Shown here in pieces: positions 39,858 to 48,822 of a stretch of 64,000 nt of DNA. The first letter of the stretch is position 1, and every line of letters starts with the position of its first letter. Made by a program: the position numbers and the translations under genes. The notes beneath the pieces were generated by a model, which saw only the letters and a list, made by a program, of their open reading frames with translations, searched no databases and was not told where the DNA came from. Origin of the DNA: an uncultured Chloroflexia bacterium (GTDB lineage Bacteria > Chloroflexota > Limnocylindria > Limnocylindrales > CSP1-4); assembly GCA_963800795.1 (NCBI GenBank), contig CAWDCJ010000014.1:64942-128941 (forward strand). Reading direction: 5' to 3'.

Positions 39858-41009
39858 TCACCGCCGGGGCGCTCCGGCCGCCGCTGGAAAGGTCCGACCC
39901 TGGATCGTCTCGACCATTGCCCAGAAGTTCTCCATCGGCGTATCCAGCTGGACGTGGTGGGTGGGCCCCAGGATGAGGCCACCGCGCCGGCCGATCGTGT
40001 CCAGTCGGGTCCGGACCTCGGCCTGCACGTCCGCGGGCGAGCCGAAGGGCAGGGTGTGCTGCTCGTCGAGCGAGCCCCAGAAGCACAGACGGTCACCGAA
40101 GCGGCGCTTCAGCTCGGCTGGATCCAGGCAGGCCGGTTGGACCGGGTTGAGGACGTCGAGGCCGATCTCGATGAGGTCCGGGATGACGTCCCAGATCATC
40201 CCGTCCGAGTGGTATGCAACCTTGACGGCGGGGTTGATCGACTTGACGCGGGCGATCAGCTCGGCCATCCGCGGCTTGAGGTGGCGGCGCCAGAGCGCCG
40301 GGGAGATCAGCATGCCCGTCTGCATTCCGACGTCGTCGCCGGTCCAGATCATGTCGACGCCCATCGACGTGAGGCGCTCTGCGGCCCGGAGGTGGTACCG
40401 GAACGGGATCTCCAGTATCGCCTCCGCGATGTCCGGCTCCGTCACGAGGTCGATCATCAGCTGCTCGAATCCGCGCAGCGCCCAGGCCGTCTCCCAGATG
40501 GTGGTGACCGTGACACCCACGATGTAGTACTCGCCGCCGAACTGCGCGATGACACGCCCGGCTTCCTGATAGAGCTCGGGCCGGTCGGGATCCGGAGCCC
40601 GGTAGGAGGCGATCGCGGCGTCGCTGGCAAGCGGCCTGCCGACCATCTCGGTGTAGTGGCCCAGGCCGAACGGGGTCTCGTAGGGCTGGGCGCGCCAGGT
40701 CACGCCCCATTCGTCCGTGTAGATGTCGGTGCCCTGGTAGTACGAGTTCGCCCAGCCGACCGAGGTGAGGAGGAGATCCTCGTCAAGGGCGAGCTCCAGC
40801 TCGTACGTGTTGCCGCCGCCGTGCGGGTTATGGCTGCCGGGACCGGACCGGGCAACCAGGCCGCGCGCCTCGAGGTCCGACCGCAATCGCACGGCGAACT
40901 CCGGCGTGAAGCTGATCTGCATCGGGCAGTGGTCGAGCGCTTCGTGATGGAGCGCGGCGATCACGCGATCGCGGTGTCGCACCGGGGTCGTCCACGGGTT
41001 GTCGTTCAC
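39858..41009 (-). CDS. uroporphyrinogen-decarboxylase (URO-D) family protein of unknown specificity
   Basis: 383-aa ORF. The TIM-barrel pattern 'DMIWTGDDVGMQTGMLISP...YHSDGMIWDVIPDLIEIGLDVLNPVQP...GGLILGPTHH' is typical of PF01208 members outside haem synthesis. Its stop lies 37 bp upstream of the activase start. Confidence 0.8.
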   Translation of the reverse strand: MNDNPWTTPVRHRDRVIAALHHEALDHCPMQISFTPEFAVRLRSDLEARGLVARSGPGSHNPHGGGNTYELELALDEDLLLTSVGWANSYYQGTDIYTDEWGVTWRAQPYETPFGLGHYTEMVGRPLASDAAIASYRAPDPDRPELYQEAGRVIAQFGGEYYIVGVTVTTIWETAWALRGFEQLMIDLVTEPDIAEAILEIPFRYHLRAAERLTSMGVDMIWTGDDVGMQTGMLISPALWRRHLKPRMAELIARVKSINPAVKVAYHSDGMIWDVIPDLIEIGLDVLNPVQPACLDPAELKRRFGDRLCFWGSLDEQHTLPFGSPADVQAEVRTRLDTIGRRGGLILGPTHHVQLDTPMENFWAMVETIQGRTFPAAAGAPRR

Positions 41010-41301
41010 CGCGTCAGTGTGGCAGCGTCAACCCGCGGCGTGGGTCCTGGCGGTGGCGTGACGCACGGAGCGGTGCCCGCGGAGCCGGGCAACGCCGTAG
41101 AGTGACCCCGGTACACGGCGAGTCCGCGGGCCGTCCGGGGACGCTGGAGAGCCCCTTCTGACCGCACGAGAGCGCATTCGGCGCGCCGTCGCCCACGAGG
41201 AGGCCGATCGCGTCCCGGTCGACCTCGGATCGTCGATAGGCGGCCGGTCCATGCATGCGTCGGAGAATCGCGCTCCTGCAGCAGGGCCGCCAGATCCATG
41301 C

Positions 41302-42418
41302 TCAGGCGCCCCTCTGCTGCGGCGACGCTCCATTGTGGCTCTCGAGCGGCCCATGCCGGGAGGCCGGTTCGAGATCGGTCGGACAGGCGGCGGTCGACTG
41401 CCGAACGACGAGCTCGGGCCGGAACATGCGCCCGCGTGCGGGCCCGCGTCCTGTGGTCTCGCCGCCCTCGATGTCGGTGTCGCCTTCGGCTCCGCCCGCC
41501 GCGCCGACCGCCAGGCCGACCGCCGCGGCTGCCATCTCGGCCATCGGCATTCGCACGGTCGTCAGCGCCGGCACCGTGAACGTGGCCATCGGGATGTCGT
41601 CGAACCCGACGACCGAGAGGTCATCAGGGACACGGATGCCCAGGACGAGGGCCCCACGGAGGATCCCGATCGCCAGGACGTCAGTCGATGCGACGATGGC
41701 CGTCGGCCGCGGCGAAAGGCGCATCAAGGCGCGGAACGCTTCTTCGCCGTCGCCCGGCGTGTTGGCCACCTGCTGGACGTAGCCGGGCGGAACCTCGCCG
41801 AGGAGGTTGGTCAGCGCCTCCGTGTAGGCCTCCTGGCGCTCCCGAATATCGCCGAGCAACCGACCTCCGACGAACGCGATCCGACGATGCCCGAGGGAGC
41901 CGAGGTGGTCCATGGCCGTCGCGATCCCGCCCCGGTTGTCCACGCTGACACCGGGAATGAGGTCGAGCTCCGAGCCCTGCCACAGGGCGACGACCGGCAC
42001 GTGCGTGTCGCGCAGGTCGTCAAGCAGACGCTGCTGGTCGCCCATGTCGCCCAGCAGCAGGATCGCGTCGCACTGGCGTGCCTCGAGCATGGCCGCCAGG
42101 GCGTGCGCCTCGGTGGCCTCCGCGTGCGCGTGGCCCAGGACGATGTTGTAGCCACGCGCCCGGGCCTCGGCCGAAACGGCCTCGATCGCCCCCGCGAAGA
42201 ACGGGTCCGTGATATCGCGGACGATGGCGCCGAGCAGCATCATCGGCGCACCGCGCAGGGCCCGGGCCAGCGGGTTGGGCCGGTAGCCCACCGCTCGGGC
42301 GGCGGCCAGGACGCGCTCGCGAGTCGCCGGCCGCGATCGGCACGCTCAACGGGGCGTCGCTGAGGATCCGCGAGACCGTGCTGCGCGAGACACCGGTCGC
42401 GGTCGCGATGTCCCGCAT
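41302..42418 (-). CDS. LacI-family transcriptional regulator; frameshifted as given
   Basis: ATG at 42418. HTH 'TMRDIATATGVSRSTVSRILSD' is in one frame. 'ATRERVLAAARAVGYRPNPLARALRG...' and the sugar-binding core are in another frame from ~42325-42334. Confidence 0.85.
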
Positions 42419-42525
42419 CGTGACCGGCCGGGCGCGGGCTCGCGGTTGGACGGATCGTTCGTCGAGCGACGCCCGAGTCGCCGCGTCGGCGCGTCGCCCG
42501 CTGGCCGTTTGTGCAGCCGCCATCG

Positions 42526-43530
42526 CTACTCGAACCGGCGCCGGAGCAGGGCGTGGACCGCAACCGCAGCGAGGATGACGGCGCCGTAGATGAAGTTGGT
42601 GTAGTAGTCGGTCAGGCCGACCGCAACAATCCCGGCCTGGATGGCGCCGATCATGAACGCGCCGAGGAACGTGCCATAGATCGTGCCTCGGCCCCCGAAC
42701 ACGGAGGTCCCGCCGACGAAGACGGCGGCCAGCGTCGGGAGCTGGAAACCGTCGCCCATCGTCGGGTAGAAGTTGACGATCTGGAAGCTGTTCATCAGGC
42801 CGGCCAGCGCCGCCGCCACCCCGGTGAGGACGAACAGGAGGATGCGAGTCCGGCGCATGGGGATGCCCATGAGCCCGGCAGCCAGGCCGTTGTCCCCGGT
42901 GACGTACGCGTTCTGCCCGAGCCGGTGGCGGTTGAGGAGCACCCACGCGACGACCGCGAGGGCCAGGAGCCAGACGAACTCCATCGGGACGACGCCCCCA
43001 AGCTTCCCGACGAGCAGGTCGTACGACGGGGCAGTGCTGGCCGTGACCAAGGCATAGCTCTTGCCGTTGACGAGCACGAGGGTCAGGCCGCGGAAGAGGT
43101 ACCAGCTGCCGATCGTCGCGACGAGCGCGGGGATGCCGATGTACGTGACGACGAGACCATTGAACAGGCCGGCCAGGGCACCGACGCCGAGCGCCGCGAC
43201 GATCCCGAGCTCGACGCTGCCGGTCGCCTGCCAGGTGAAGACGAAGCCGACCATGCCAAGGGCCATTTCCGACGGGAAGGAGAGGTCGATGTCGCCGGCG
43301 ATGACGACCATCGTCAGAAACAGGGCGACGATCGCGATGTACGGGACCGTCTGGGCGAAGGCCAGGTAGATGCGGTCGGACAGGAACGTGCTGGGAGCGA
43401 GGACGACGAACGCGATCCAGAGCGCGAGGAACGCGACGGTGATGCCGATCTGGGACGCCCAGGAGTTGGTGAACGCGGTGAGGCGACCGCGGGGTCGCGG
43501 CGGCGGCGTCGTGGCGACGGCGGGGTTCAT
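42526..43530 (-). CDS. sugar ABC transporter permease (CUT2/RbsC-like, BPD_transp_2)
   Basis: 334-aa polytopic ORF. 'IDLSFPSEMALGMV', 'GDNGLAAGLMGIPMRR', 'GGTSVFGGRGTIYGT'. The ATG overlaps the ATPase stop (ATGA). Confidence 0.9.
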   Translation of the reverse strand: MNPAVATTPPPRPRGRLTAFTNSWASQIGITVAFLALWIAFVVLAPSTFLSDRIYLAFAQTVPYIAIVALFLTMVVIAGDIDLSFPSEMALGMVGFVFTWQATGSVELGIVAALGVGALAGLFNGLVVTYIGIPALVATIGSWYLFRGLTLVLVNGKSYALVTASTAPSYDLLVGKLGGVVPMEFVWLLALAVVAWVLLNRHRLGQNAYVTGDNGLAAGLMGIPMRRTRILLFVLTGVAAALAGLMNSFQIVNFYPTMGDGFQLPTLAAVFVGGTSVFGGRGTIYGTFLGAFMIGAIQAGIVAVGLTDYYTNFIYGAVILAAVAVHALLRRRFE

Positions 43531-44477
43531 TCGTGCTCCTCGCCGGCCGCGGCCGTTGCCGTGGGTGGCTTGTCTGCCCCGCGGTAGCGTTCCTGTTCGG
43601 TGAAGGTTCCCTCGGCGGCGACCTCGCGCATGATGTCCAGGAGCTCCTCCAGCGAGTAGCGTGAGGTCGGGAACTGGCCGGCCACGCGTCCGCGGTCGAG
43701 GACGATGATCCGGTCCGCGACCGAGTAGACGTGGAAGATGTTGTGGTCGATGAAGATCGCCGATTTGCCGGCGGTCCGGATACCCTCCACGAACCGCAGC
43801 AGCTTCTCGGTCTCCTTGAGCGACAGGCCCATGGTCGGCTCGTCGAGGATGATGATGTCGGCCTGGAAGTGCAGCGCCCGCACGATTGCCAGGCCCTGCC
43901 GCTCACCGCCGGACAGCCCCTTGACCACGGTGTCCGGGGTCAGCACGGCGGAGGTGAAGCCCATCGACTCGCTCATGAGCTGGGCTGTCATCCGGCGCAT
44001 GTCGCCGACCTTGAGGAAGCCGAGCCGACCGGCGACGGCACGGCCCATGAAGATGTTGCGCCAGAGGGGGAGCTGGTCGGCGAGCGCGCGCTCCTGGTAG
44101 ACGGTCTCGACGCCGAGATCCCGCGCCTTCTGGACGGTCAGGCCATCGACCCGCTTGCCCCCGAAGAAGATCTCGCCCGAATCCGGGCGGTGAACCCCGG
44201 TGATGATCTTGATGAGCGTCGACTTGCCCGCGCCGTTGTCGCCGAGCAGGCCGACGACCTCACTCGCCCCGAGGTCGAGGCTGACGTCCTGGAGGACGTG
44301 GACACCCCCGAACAACTTCGAGATGTGGCGCAGCTCGAGCCGCTTCTCGCTCCCCGGCGGTGGCACCGCCGCGGGCTCGAGCGCGGCAATGATTGGGACC
44401 GCGGGTTGCGTCGGCGGGCGAGCGCTCCCGCGCTCGCCCGCCGACTTGCCGGACTCGGCGGCAGGCGGAACAGTCAT
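43527..44477 (-). CDS. sugar ABC transporter ATP-binding protein (single NBD)
   Basis: Walker A 'GDNGAGKST', signature 'LSGGERQ', Walker B 'IIILDEPT'. It starts 4 nt after the binding-protein stop. Confidence 0.9.
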   Translation of the reverse strand: MTVPPAAESGKSAGERGSARPPTQPAVPIIAALEPAAVPPPGSEKRLELRHISKLFGGVHVLQDVSLDLGASEVVGLLGDNGAGKSTLIKIITGVHRPDSGEIFFGGKRVDGLTVQKARDLGVETVYQERALADQLPLWRNIFMGRAVAGRLGFLKVGDMRRMTAQLMSESMGFTSAVLTPDTVVKGLSGGERQGLAIVRALHFQADIIILDEPTMGLSLKETEKLLRFVEGIRTAGKSAIFIDHNIFHVYSVADRIIVLDRGRVAGQFPTSRYSLEELLDIMREVAAEGTFTEQERYRGADKPPTATAAAGEEHE

Positions 44478-44480
44478 TGC

Positions 44481-45560
44481 CTAGCGGATCTGATCGGTCA
44501 CGAGCGGCGCGATGGCGTCGATGTTCGTCTTGTCAACGAAACCCGCGCCGGTGTTGATGAAGAGTCCGCCGAAGCCGAACTTCTTGCTCAGACAGAGCTG
44601 CTCGACGGCAAAGAAGCCCTGGAGGAACTCCTGCTGGTCGATGACCAGGCTGATGTAGCCGTCCTTGATGCCCTGGACCGTGGCCGGCGACATGTCGAAG
44701 CCGGCAGCGTAGATGCTACCGGGCTGGAGGTTCGCGGCCTTCATGAACGTCGGGATGGCCGAGGTGAGGTTGCCGTGGTCGATGAAGATCGCCTTGACGC
44801 CCGGGTGCGAGGAGATGTAGCCGGTGAAGGTCGGCACGCCATTGGCGGCGTCCTTGTTCGTGGCGTCGTCGATCTCGTAGTAGTCAACCTTCATGCCGGC
44901 AGCCGTGAGCGTGTCGGTGATCCCCAGGGTTCGCTCGCCGCGGCCCGGCTGAGCCTTGAGGCCCCAGACCATCACCTCATCACCCGACTTGAGGTTGCCG
45001 CGCTTGATCGCCTCGTTGGCGAGGGACGCGCCCGCGTCATGCAGGACCGCGCCGACGTAGCCCATGCCGCTGGACGCAAACTGGGCCTCGGCCTTCGGGA
45101 GCTCCGTGTTCATGACGGTGACGAGGATGCCCTGCTTCTCCGCGTCCTGGATGAGCGGATCGAAGGCGTCGTCACCCGGGTGACCCATGACGGCGATCCC
45201 GTCCGGCTTCGTGGCGACTGACTGCTGGAACTGGGTGATCATCTTGTTGGGGTCCCAGTCGGACCACTGGTATGTCACGTCGGGTCCGAAGGCCGCCTGG
45301 GCAGCCTTTGCACCGTTGTAGACGACCGTCTCAAAGCCACCGCCTGGGGTCCCGCCGGGGAAGAAGGTGATCTTCATTCCCGAGCAGAACTGGCCAGCCA
45401 CGGGCGCAGCCGAGCCGGCAGCCGCCGGCGATGCTGCGCCGGCCGCTGCACTCGCAGCGGGCGACGGGGTGCTGGATGAGTTGCAGGCGCTGATTACCAG
45501 CACCGCGGCAAACGCCAGCGCTGGCAACCGTCGCGGAACGTGCGTCCCAGATCGAGCCAT
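44481..45560 (-). CDS. sugar ABC transporter substrate-binding lipoprotein (type I periplasmic binding fold)
   Basis: ATG at 45560 after GGAGGAG. Lipobox 'LVISAC', an Ala/Ser linker, then an RbsB-like fold ('KITFFPGGTPGGGF', 'GIAVMGHPGD', 'AIFIDHGNLT'). Confidence 0.85.
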   Translation of the reverse strand: MARSGTHVPRRLPALAFAAVLVISACNSSSTPSPAASAAAGAASPAAAGSAAPVAGQFCSGMKITFFPGGTPGGGFETVVYNGAKAAQAAFGPDVTYQWSDWDPNKMITQFQQSVATKPDGIAVMGHPGDDAFDPLIQDAEKQGILVTVMNTELPKAEAQFASSGMGYVGAVLHDAGASLANEAIKRGNLKSGDEVMVWGLKAQPGRGERTLGITDTLTAAGMKVDYYEIDDATNKDAANGVPTFTGYISSHPGVKAIFIDHGNLTSAIPTFMKAANLQPGSIYAAGFDMSPATVQGIKDGYISLVIDQQEFLQGFFAVEQLCLSKKFGFGGLFINTGAGFVDKTNIDAIAPLVTDQIR

Positions 45561-45811
45561 CCGACTCCTCCTCGTGTCACCGACTCCCGCCCGGGCATCT
45601 CCCGGGGATCCTTCGCAGACATTCCTCGTCTCGGCAGAGACCTCCCTTCCGGCCTGGGATCTCGCGATCACCGGCAACCACTCCCGGAGGTCGTCACCGA
45701 ACCCGGGCCTGGCACTCGTGCCGGTCTTCTCGTCGTCCCGCCTCCTCCTCGGTTCCAACGTTCGCGGCGCAGAGGCATCCATCCGCGCCGCCATGGCGGC
45801 TCGCTCCGGGC

Positions 45812-47317
45812 TTACAGGCCCCGCGCGAGCTGGTAGTAGGCCTGGTTCCAGCGCAGCTCCTTCTTGATGCCCGCCACCGACGTGGTCTCGTCGATCGCCA
45901 CCAGCTCGATACCGGCCATCTCCGCGAAATCGTCGAGATGCTGGCGGCGGAGTGCCGTGCTGAAGCTCGTGTGGTGGGGACCCCCGGCCAGCAGCCATGC
46001 CTCGGCGGCGATCTTCAGGCTGGGGCGGGGCTCCCACAGAGCGCGCGCCACGGGCAGCCGCGGAAGGTCCTCGGGCGGGCTCACCACGTCCACCTCGTTG
46101 AGGACCATGCGGAAGCGCTCGCCCATGTCGAGCAGGCCCACGGCGACAGCAGGCCCCGGGCTCGCTGTGAAGACCAGGCGAACAGGGTCCGCCTTCCCAC
46201 CGATCGACAGCGGGTGGACCTCGCAGGACGGTATCTCGGTCGAGATCGAAGGACAGACCTCGAGCATATGGGCGCCCAGGACCTGGGGCCGACCCGGTAC
46301 CAGGTGGTACGTGTAGTCCTCCATGAACGAGGTCCCGCCCGGGAGCCCCGTGGCCATCACCTTCATGGCCCGGACAAGGAGCGCCGTCTTCCAGTCACCC
46401 TCCGCTCCAAAGCCGTAGCCCTCGGCCATCAGCCGCTGAACGGCGATGCCAGGCAGCTGCGCCAGCTCTCCCAGATCCTCGAACGTGTCGGTGAATGCGC
46501 CGAAGCCGCCCGCCTCGAGGAACGCGCGAAGGCCCACCTCGATTCGAGCGGCCTCGCGAAGGGCCGCGCGGTGCTCGCCGTCGGGCCGGAGCGGCGCAGC
46601 GAGCGCATAGCGTGACTCGTAGTCGGCGACGACGGCGTCCACTGCGTCCTCCGCCGCCGCCCGGACCGCGGCGACGAGGTCGCTGACGCCATACCCGTTC
46701 ACCTGGGCACCCAGGCGGATCTGCGCCTCCACCTTGTCGCCCTCGGTGACCGCGACCTGGCGCATGTTGTCGCCGAAGCGGGCGAGCTTCAGCGAGTTGA
46801 GCGCGTCCCAGCCGCAGGCGGCCCGGGACCAGGTCCCGATGCGCTCAAGAACCTCCGGATCCTCCCAGTGGCCCACGACGGTGGTCCGCGCCTTCCGCAT
46901 CCGGGTCTCGATGTACCCGAACTCACGGTCGCCATGCGCCGACTGGTTGAGGTTCATGAAGTCCATGTCGATCTCCGCCCAGGGGAGATCGCGGTTGAAC
47001 TGCGTGTGAAGGTGCAGGAGGGGCTTCTGGAGCGCCACGAGCCCGGCGATCCACATCCGTGCGGGCGAGAACGTGTGCATCCAGGCGATGACCCCGACAC
47101 AGGTCGACGATCTCGTCGCCTCGAGGCAGACCTCGCGGATCGACTCCGGGGTGGTGACCGGGGGCGTGGCGACCACGCGCACCGGGATCGCCGCCGCCTC
47201 ATCGAGCGCGCGGGCGATGCGTCGCGCGTGGTCCTCAACGGCCCGGAGCACGTCCGCCCCGTACAGATGCTGGCTGCCTGTGACGAACCAGACCTCGCGG
47301 TCCGCGAGCGCCTTCAT
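45812..47317 (-). CDS. araA: L-arabinose isomerase
   Basis: ATG at 47317 after GAGGAG gives 501 aa. '[13 protein letters not shown]', '[13 protein letters not shown]', '[10 protein letters not shown]', 'SFMEDYTYH', '[10 protein letters not shown]'. Confidence 0.9.
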   Translation of the reverse strand: MKALADREVWFVTGSQHLYGADVLRAVEDHARRIARALDEAAAIPVRVVATPPVTTPESIREVCLEATRSSTCVGVIAWMHTFSPARMWIAGLVALQKPLLHLHTQFNRDLPWAEIDMDFMNLNQSAHGDREFGYIETRMRKARTTVVGHWEDPEVLERIGTWSRAACGWDALNSLKLARFGDNMRQVAVTEGDKVEAQIRLGAQVNGYGVSDLVAAVRAAAEDAVDAVVADYESRYALAAPLRPDGEHRAALREAARIEVGLRAFLEAGGFGAFTDTFEDLGELAQLPGIAVQRLMAEGYGFGAEGDWKTALLVRAMKVMATGLPGGTSFMEDYTYHLVPGRPQVLGAHMLEVCPSISTEIPSCEVHPLSIGGKADPVRLVFTASPGPAVAVGLLDMGERFRMVLNEVDVVSPPEDLPRLPVARALWEPRPSLKIAAEAWLLAGGPHHTSFSTALRRQHLDDFAEMAGIELVAIDETTSVAGIKKELRWNQAYYQLARGL

Positions 47318-47387
47318 CGAGTCTCCTCGTCGCCAAGGGCACAGGCCGTGCCCGCTTTCGCGCGCTATCCCCGGTCCACGGAGTTGC

Positions 47388-47415
47388 TGCACTCGAGTGT
47401 ATGCACTCGAGTGCA
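47388..47415. promoter_or_regulatory. tandem TGCACTCGAGTG(TA)TGCACTCGAGTGCA palindromes, candidate LacI-family operator upstream of araA
   Basis: Read directly. The second copy (47402-47415) is a perfect 14-bp palindrome with the TG...CG...CA layout of LacI/GalR operators. It lies 71-98 bp upstream of the araA ATG. A related GGCACTCGTGCC sits at 45711-45722, upstream of the binding-protein gene. Confidence 0.5.
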
Positions 47416-47591
47416 GCCACGTCAAGGCGTGGCGCGACATTCGTCCGGAGTCGGCGCCCCCGCGTGCCGAGCCCCAGATCAACGCGTCGATCCGCCGGAG
47501 ACAGCACTGACGCCGTGGCTGCAAACATGGCTGCAGTAGGGGTCTGCGGCTCCACCTCAAGGGGGGTCGAAGCCCACGATTGAGCACGAAA

Positions 47592-47733
47592 TCTGGCGCG
47601 CCCGGAGGGTTCCGAACGCGCACGGACAACAAGCGTGGAGCCGCACGGGTCCGAGCGGTACTCACGGCGTCACGACCGTCCGCTCGTGAAGATGAATGTC
47701 ACGGCCTGGCTGAGCAGAGGCGGGCACCCTCCG
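47592..47733 (+). repeat. copy A of the galK-derived dispersed direct repeat (partner at 36488-36654)
   Basis: See copy B. Identical 18-mer and 12-mer blocks plus three shorter collinear blocks. It lies in the 573-bp non-coding gap between the lipocalin-like gene and araA. Confidence 0.8.
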
Positions 47734-47890
47734 GAACCGGAAGCAGGCCCAGAACCGACCGAGACGAGCCCAAATCTCGTGTGTCGCAACCGTTGCTAGT
47801 CGCCGCTCGGACACGGCCGCGCCGACGTGACGATGAGCCGGCACCCCGCGGACGGTGGCGCGCAGCGTCTCGGAGCCTGGTCGCCCTGGG

Positions 47891-48331
47891 TCAGCCGGGA
47901 ACGCGCCCCCATATGAGGCGCTGGACACTCGGCCGGCCGCCGGCCACGATCGGGTCCGTGCTGAGCGTGAGGGTCCGGCCGTCCTTCGAGAGGGCGGCGT
48001 GGCGGCGCTGCGATCCTCCTACCCAATTGGGATACAGGCTGATCGCGATGTCGTGGATCACGTCGGAACCGTCGAGATGGTACGACCCAGAGTAGGCAAG
48101 GAATGTCCCCATTGCCGCGAGCCGCTGGTCGTCGGGGCCTCCGAACGGGTCGTTCCCATCGATCGGCGGACGGTCCGCCGCCGAGATCGTCACGATGACC
48201 GTGCCGTCGGCGGTGTAGACAAGGACGCCAACGGGCGCCACGCCCATGATGTTGCCAACGGACCCATCGTCGAAGGCGGAATCCCAGCTTCGGAGGCGCC
48301 AAACACCGACGAGCTCGGACCGATCATGCAT
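47891..48331 (-). CDS. lipocalin-like domain protein (PF13924-like)
   Basis: ATG at 48331 after GAGGAG. 'LVGVWRLRSWDS...GVLVYTADGTV...FLAYSGSYHLDGSDVIHDIAISLYPNWVGGSQRR' matches the Lipocalin_5 pattern. Confidence 0.75.
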   Translation of the reverse strand: MHDRSELVGVWRLRSWDSAFDDGSVGNIMGVAPVGVLVYTADGTVIVTISAADRPPIDGNDPFGGPDDQRLAAMGTFLAYSGSYHLDGSDVIHDIAISLYPNWVGGSQRRHAALSKDGRTLTLSTDPIVAGGRPSVQRLIWGRVPG

Positions 48332-48822
48332 GCGGCGCTCCTCTGCCGGCGGTGTGCTGCGACTGCTCGCGACGCCAGGCCGCACCACGGACGCCGCGGA
48401 GTGTACGGCAGGCAGTTGCCCCTGGACGCCTGGTGCGCCCTCCATCCTCCGGCGCACGCTCAAGGATCCGGGCTGGAACACCTACATCATCGACGGTGAC
48501 GTCGAGGCGGCGATCCGCGAGCCGGACCCGGGAGACCCGCGCCGCAGGTCTCGAGCTCACGGCCCTCGTGTCCCCGTCGGCAGGCCGCGGAGTTGGCAGG
48601 CAGCTCGCCGGCGCCGCTCGGCCGGCCGGCGGCCAGGGGCGATACGCCCTACAAGGATGGCCCGTGACGAGTCGCCCCGAAGGGTAATCTGGCCGCAGGG
48701 CGGGACGGCGAGCAGACCTGACGGACTGACATCGGCTGTCTGGGTGACCGGCTCCGACGCCCCGACCGTCAGGGAGAACCAGGAGCCGTAGCGCCGGACC
48801 TGGCAACGACTTCGGAGGCGGT

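Noticed and set aside
39675-45221. Plus-strand ORFs 39675..41105, 42511..43587 and 43731..45221, and the minus-strand 628-aa ORF 42020..43906
   Set aside because: They are antisense or out of frame relative to well-supported URO-D, permease, ATPase and binding-protein genes. The only meaningful piece is the LacI HTH segment inside 42020..43906, which is already accounted for by the frameshifted LacI-2 call.
47700-47760. 'CCGGAACCGGAAGCAGGCCC' segment, reminiscent of the SRP-RNA domain IV motif
   Set aside because: It lacks the conserved GGAAGCAGCC/AGGUC context and the flanking helix. The region is better explained as part of the decayed galK-like repeat copy A.
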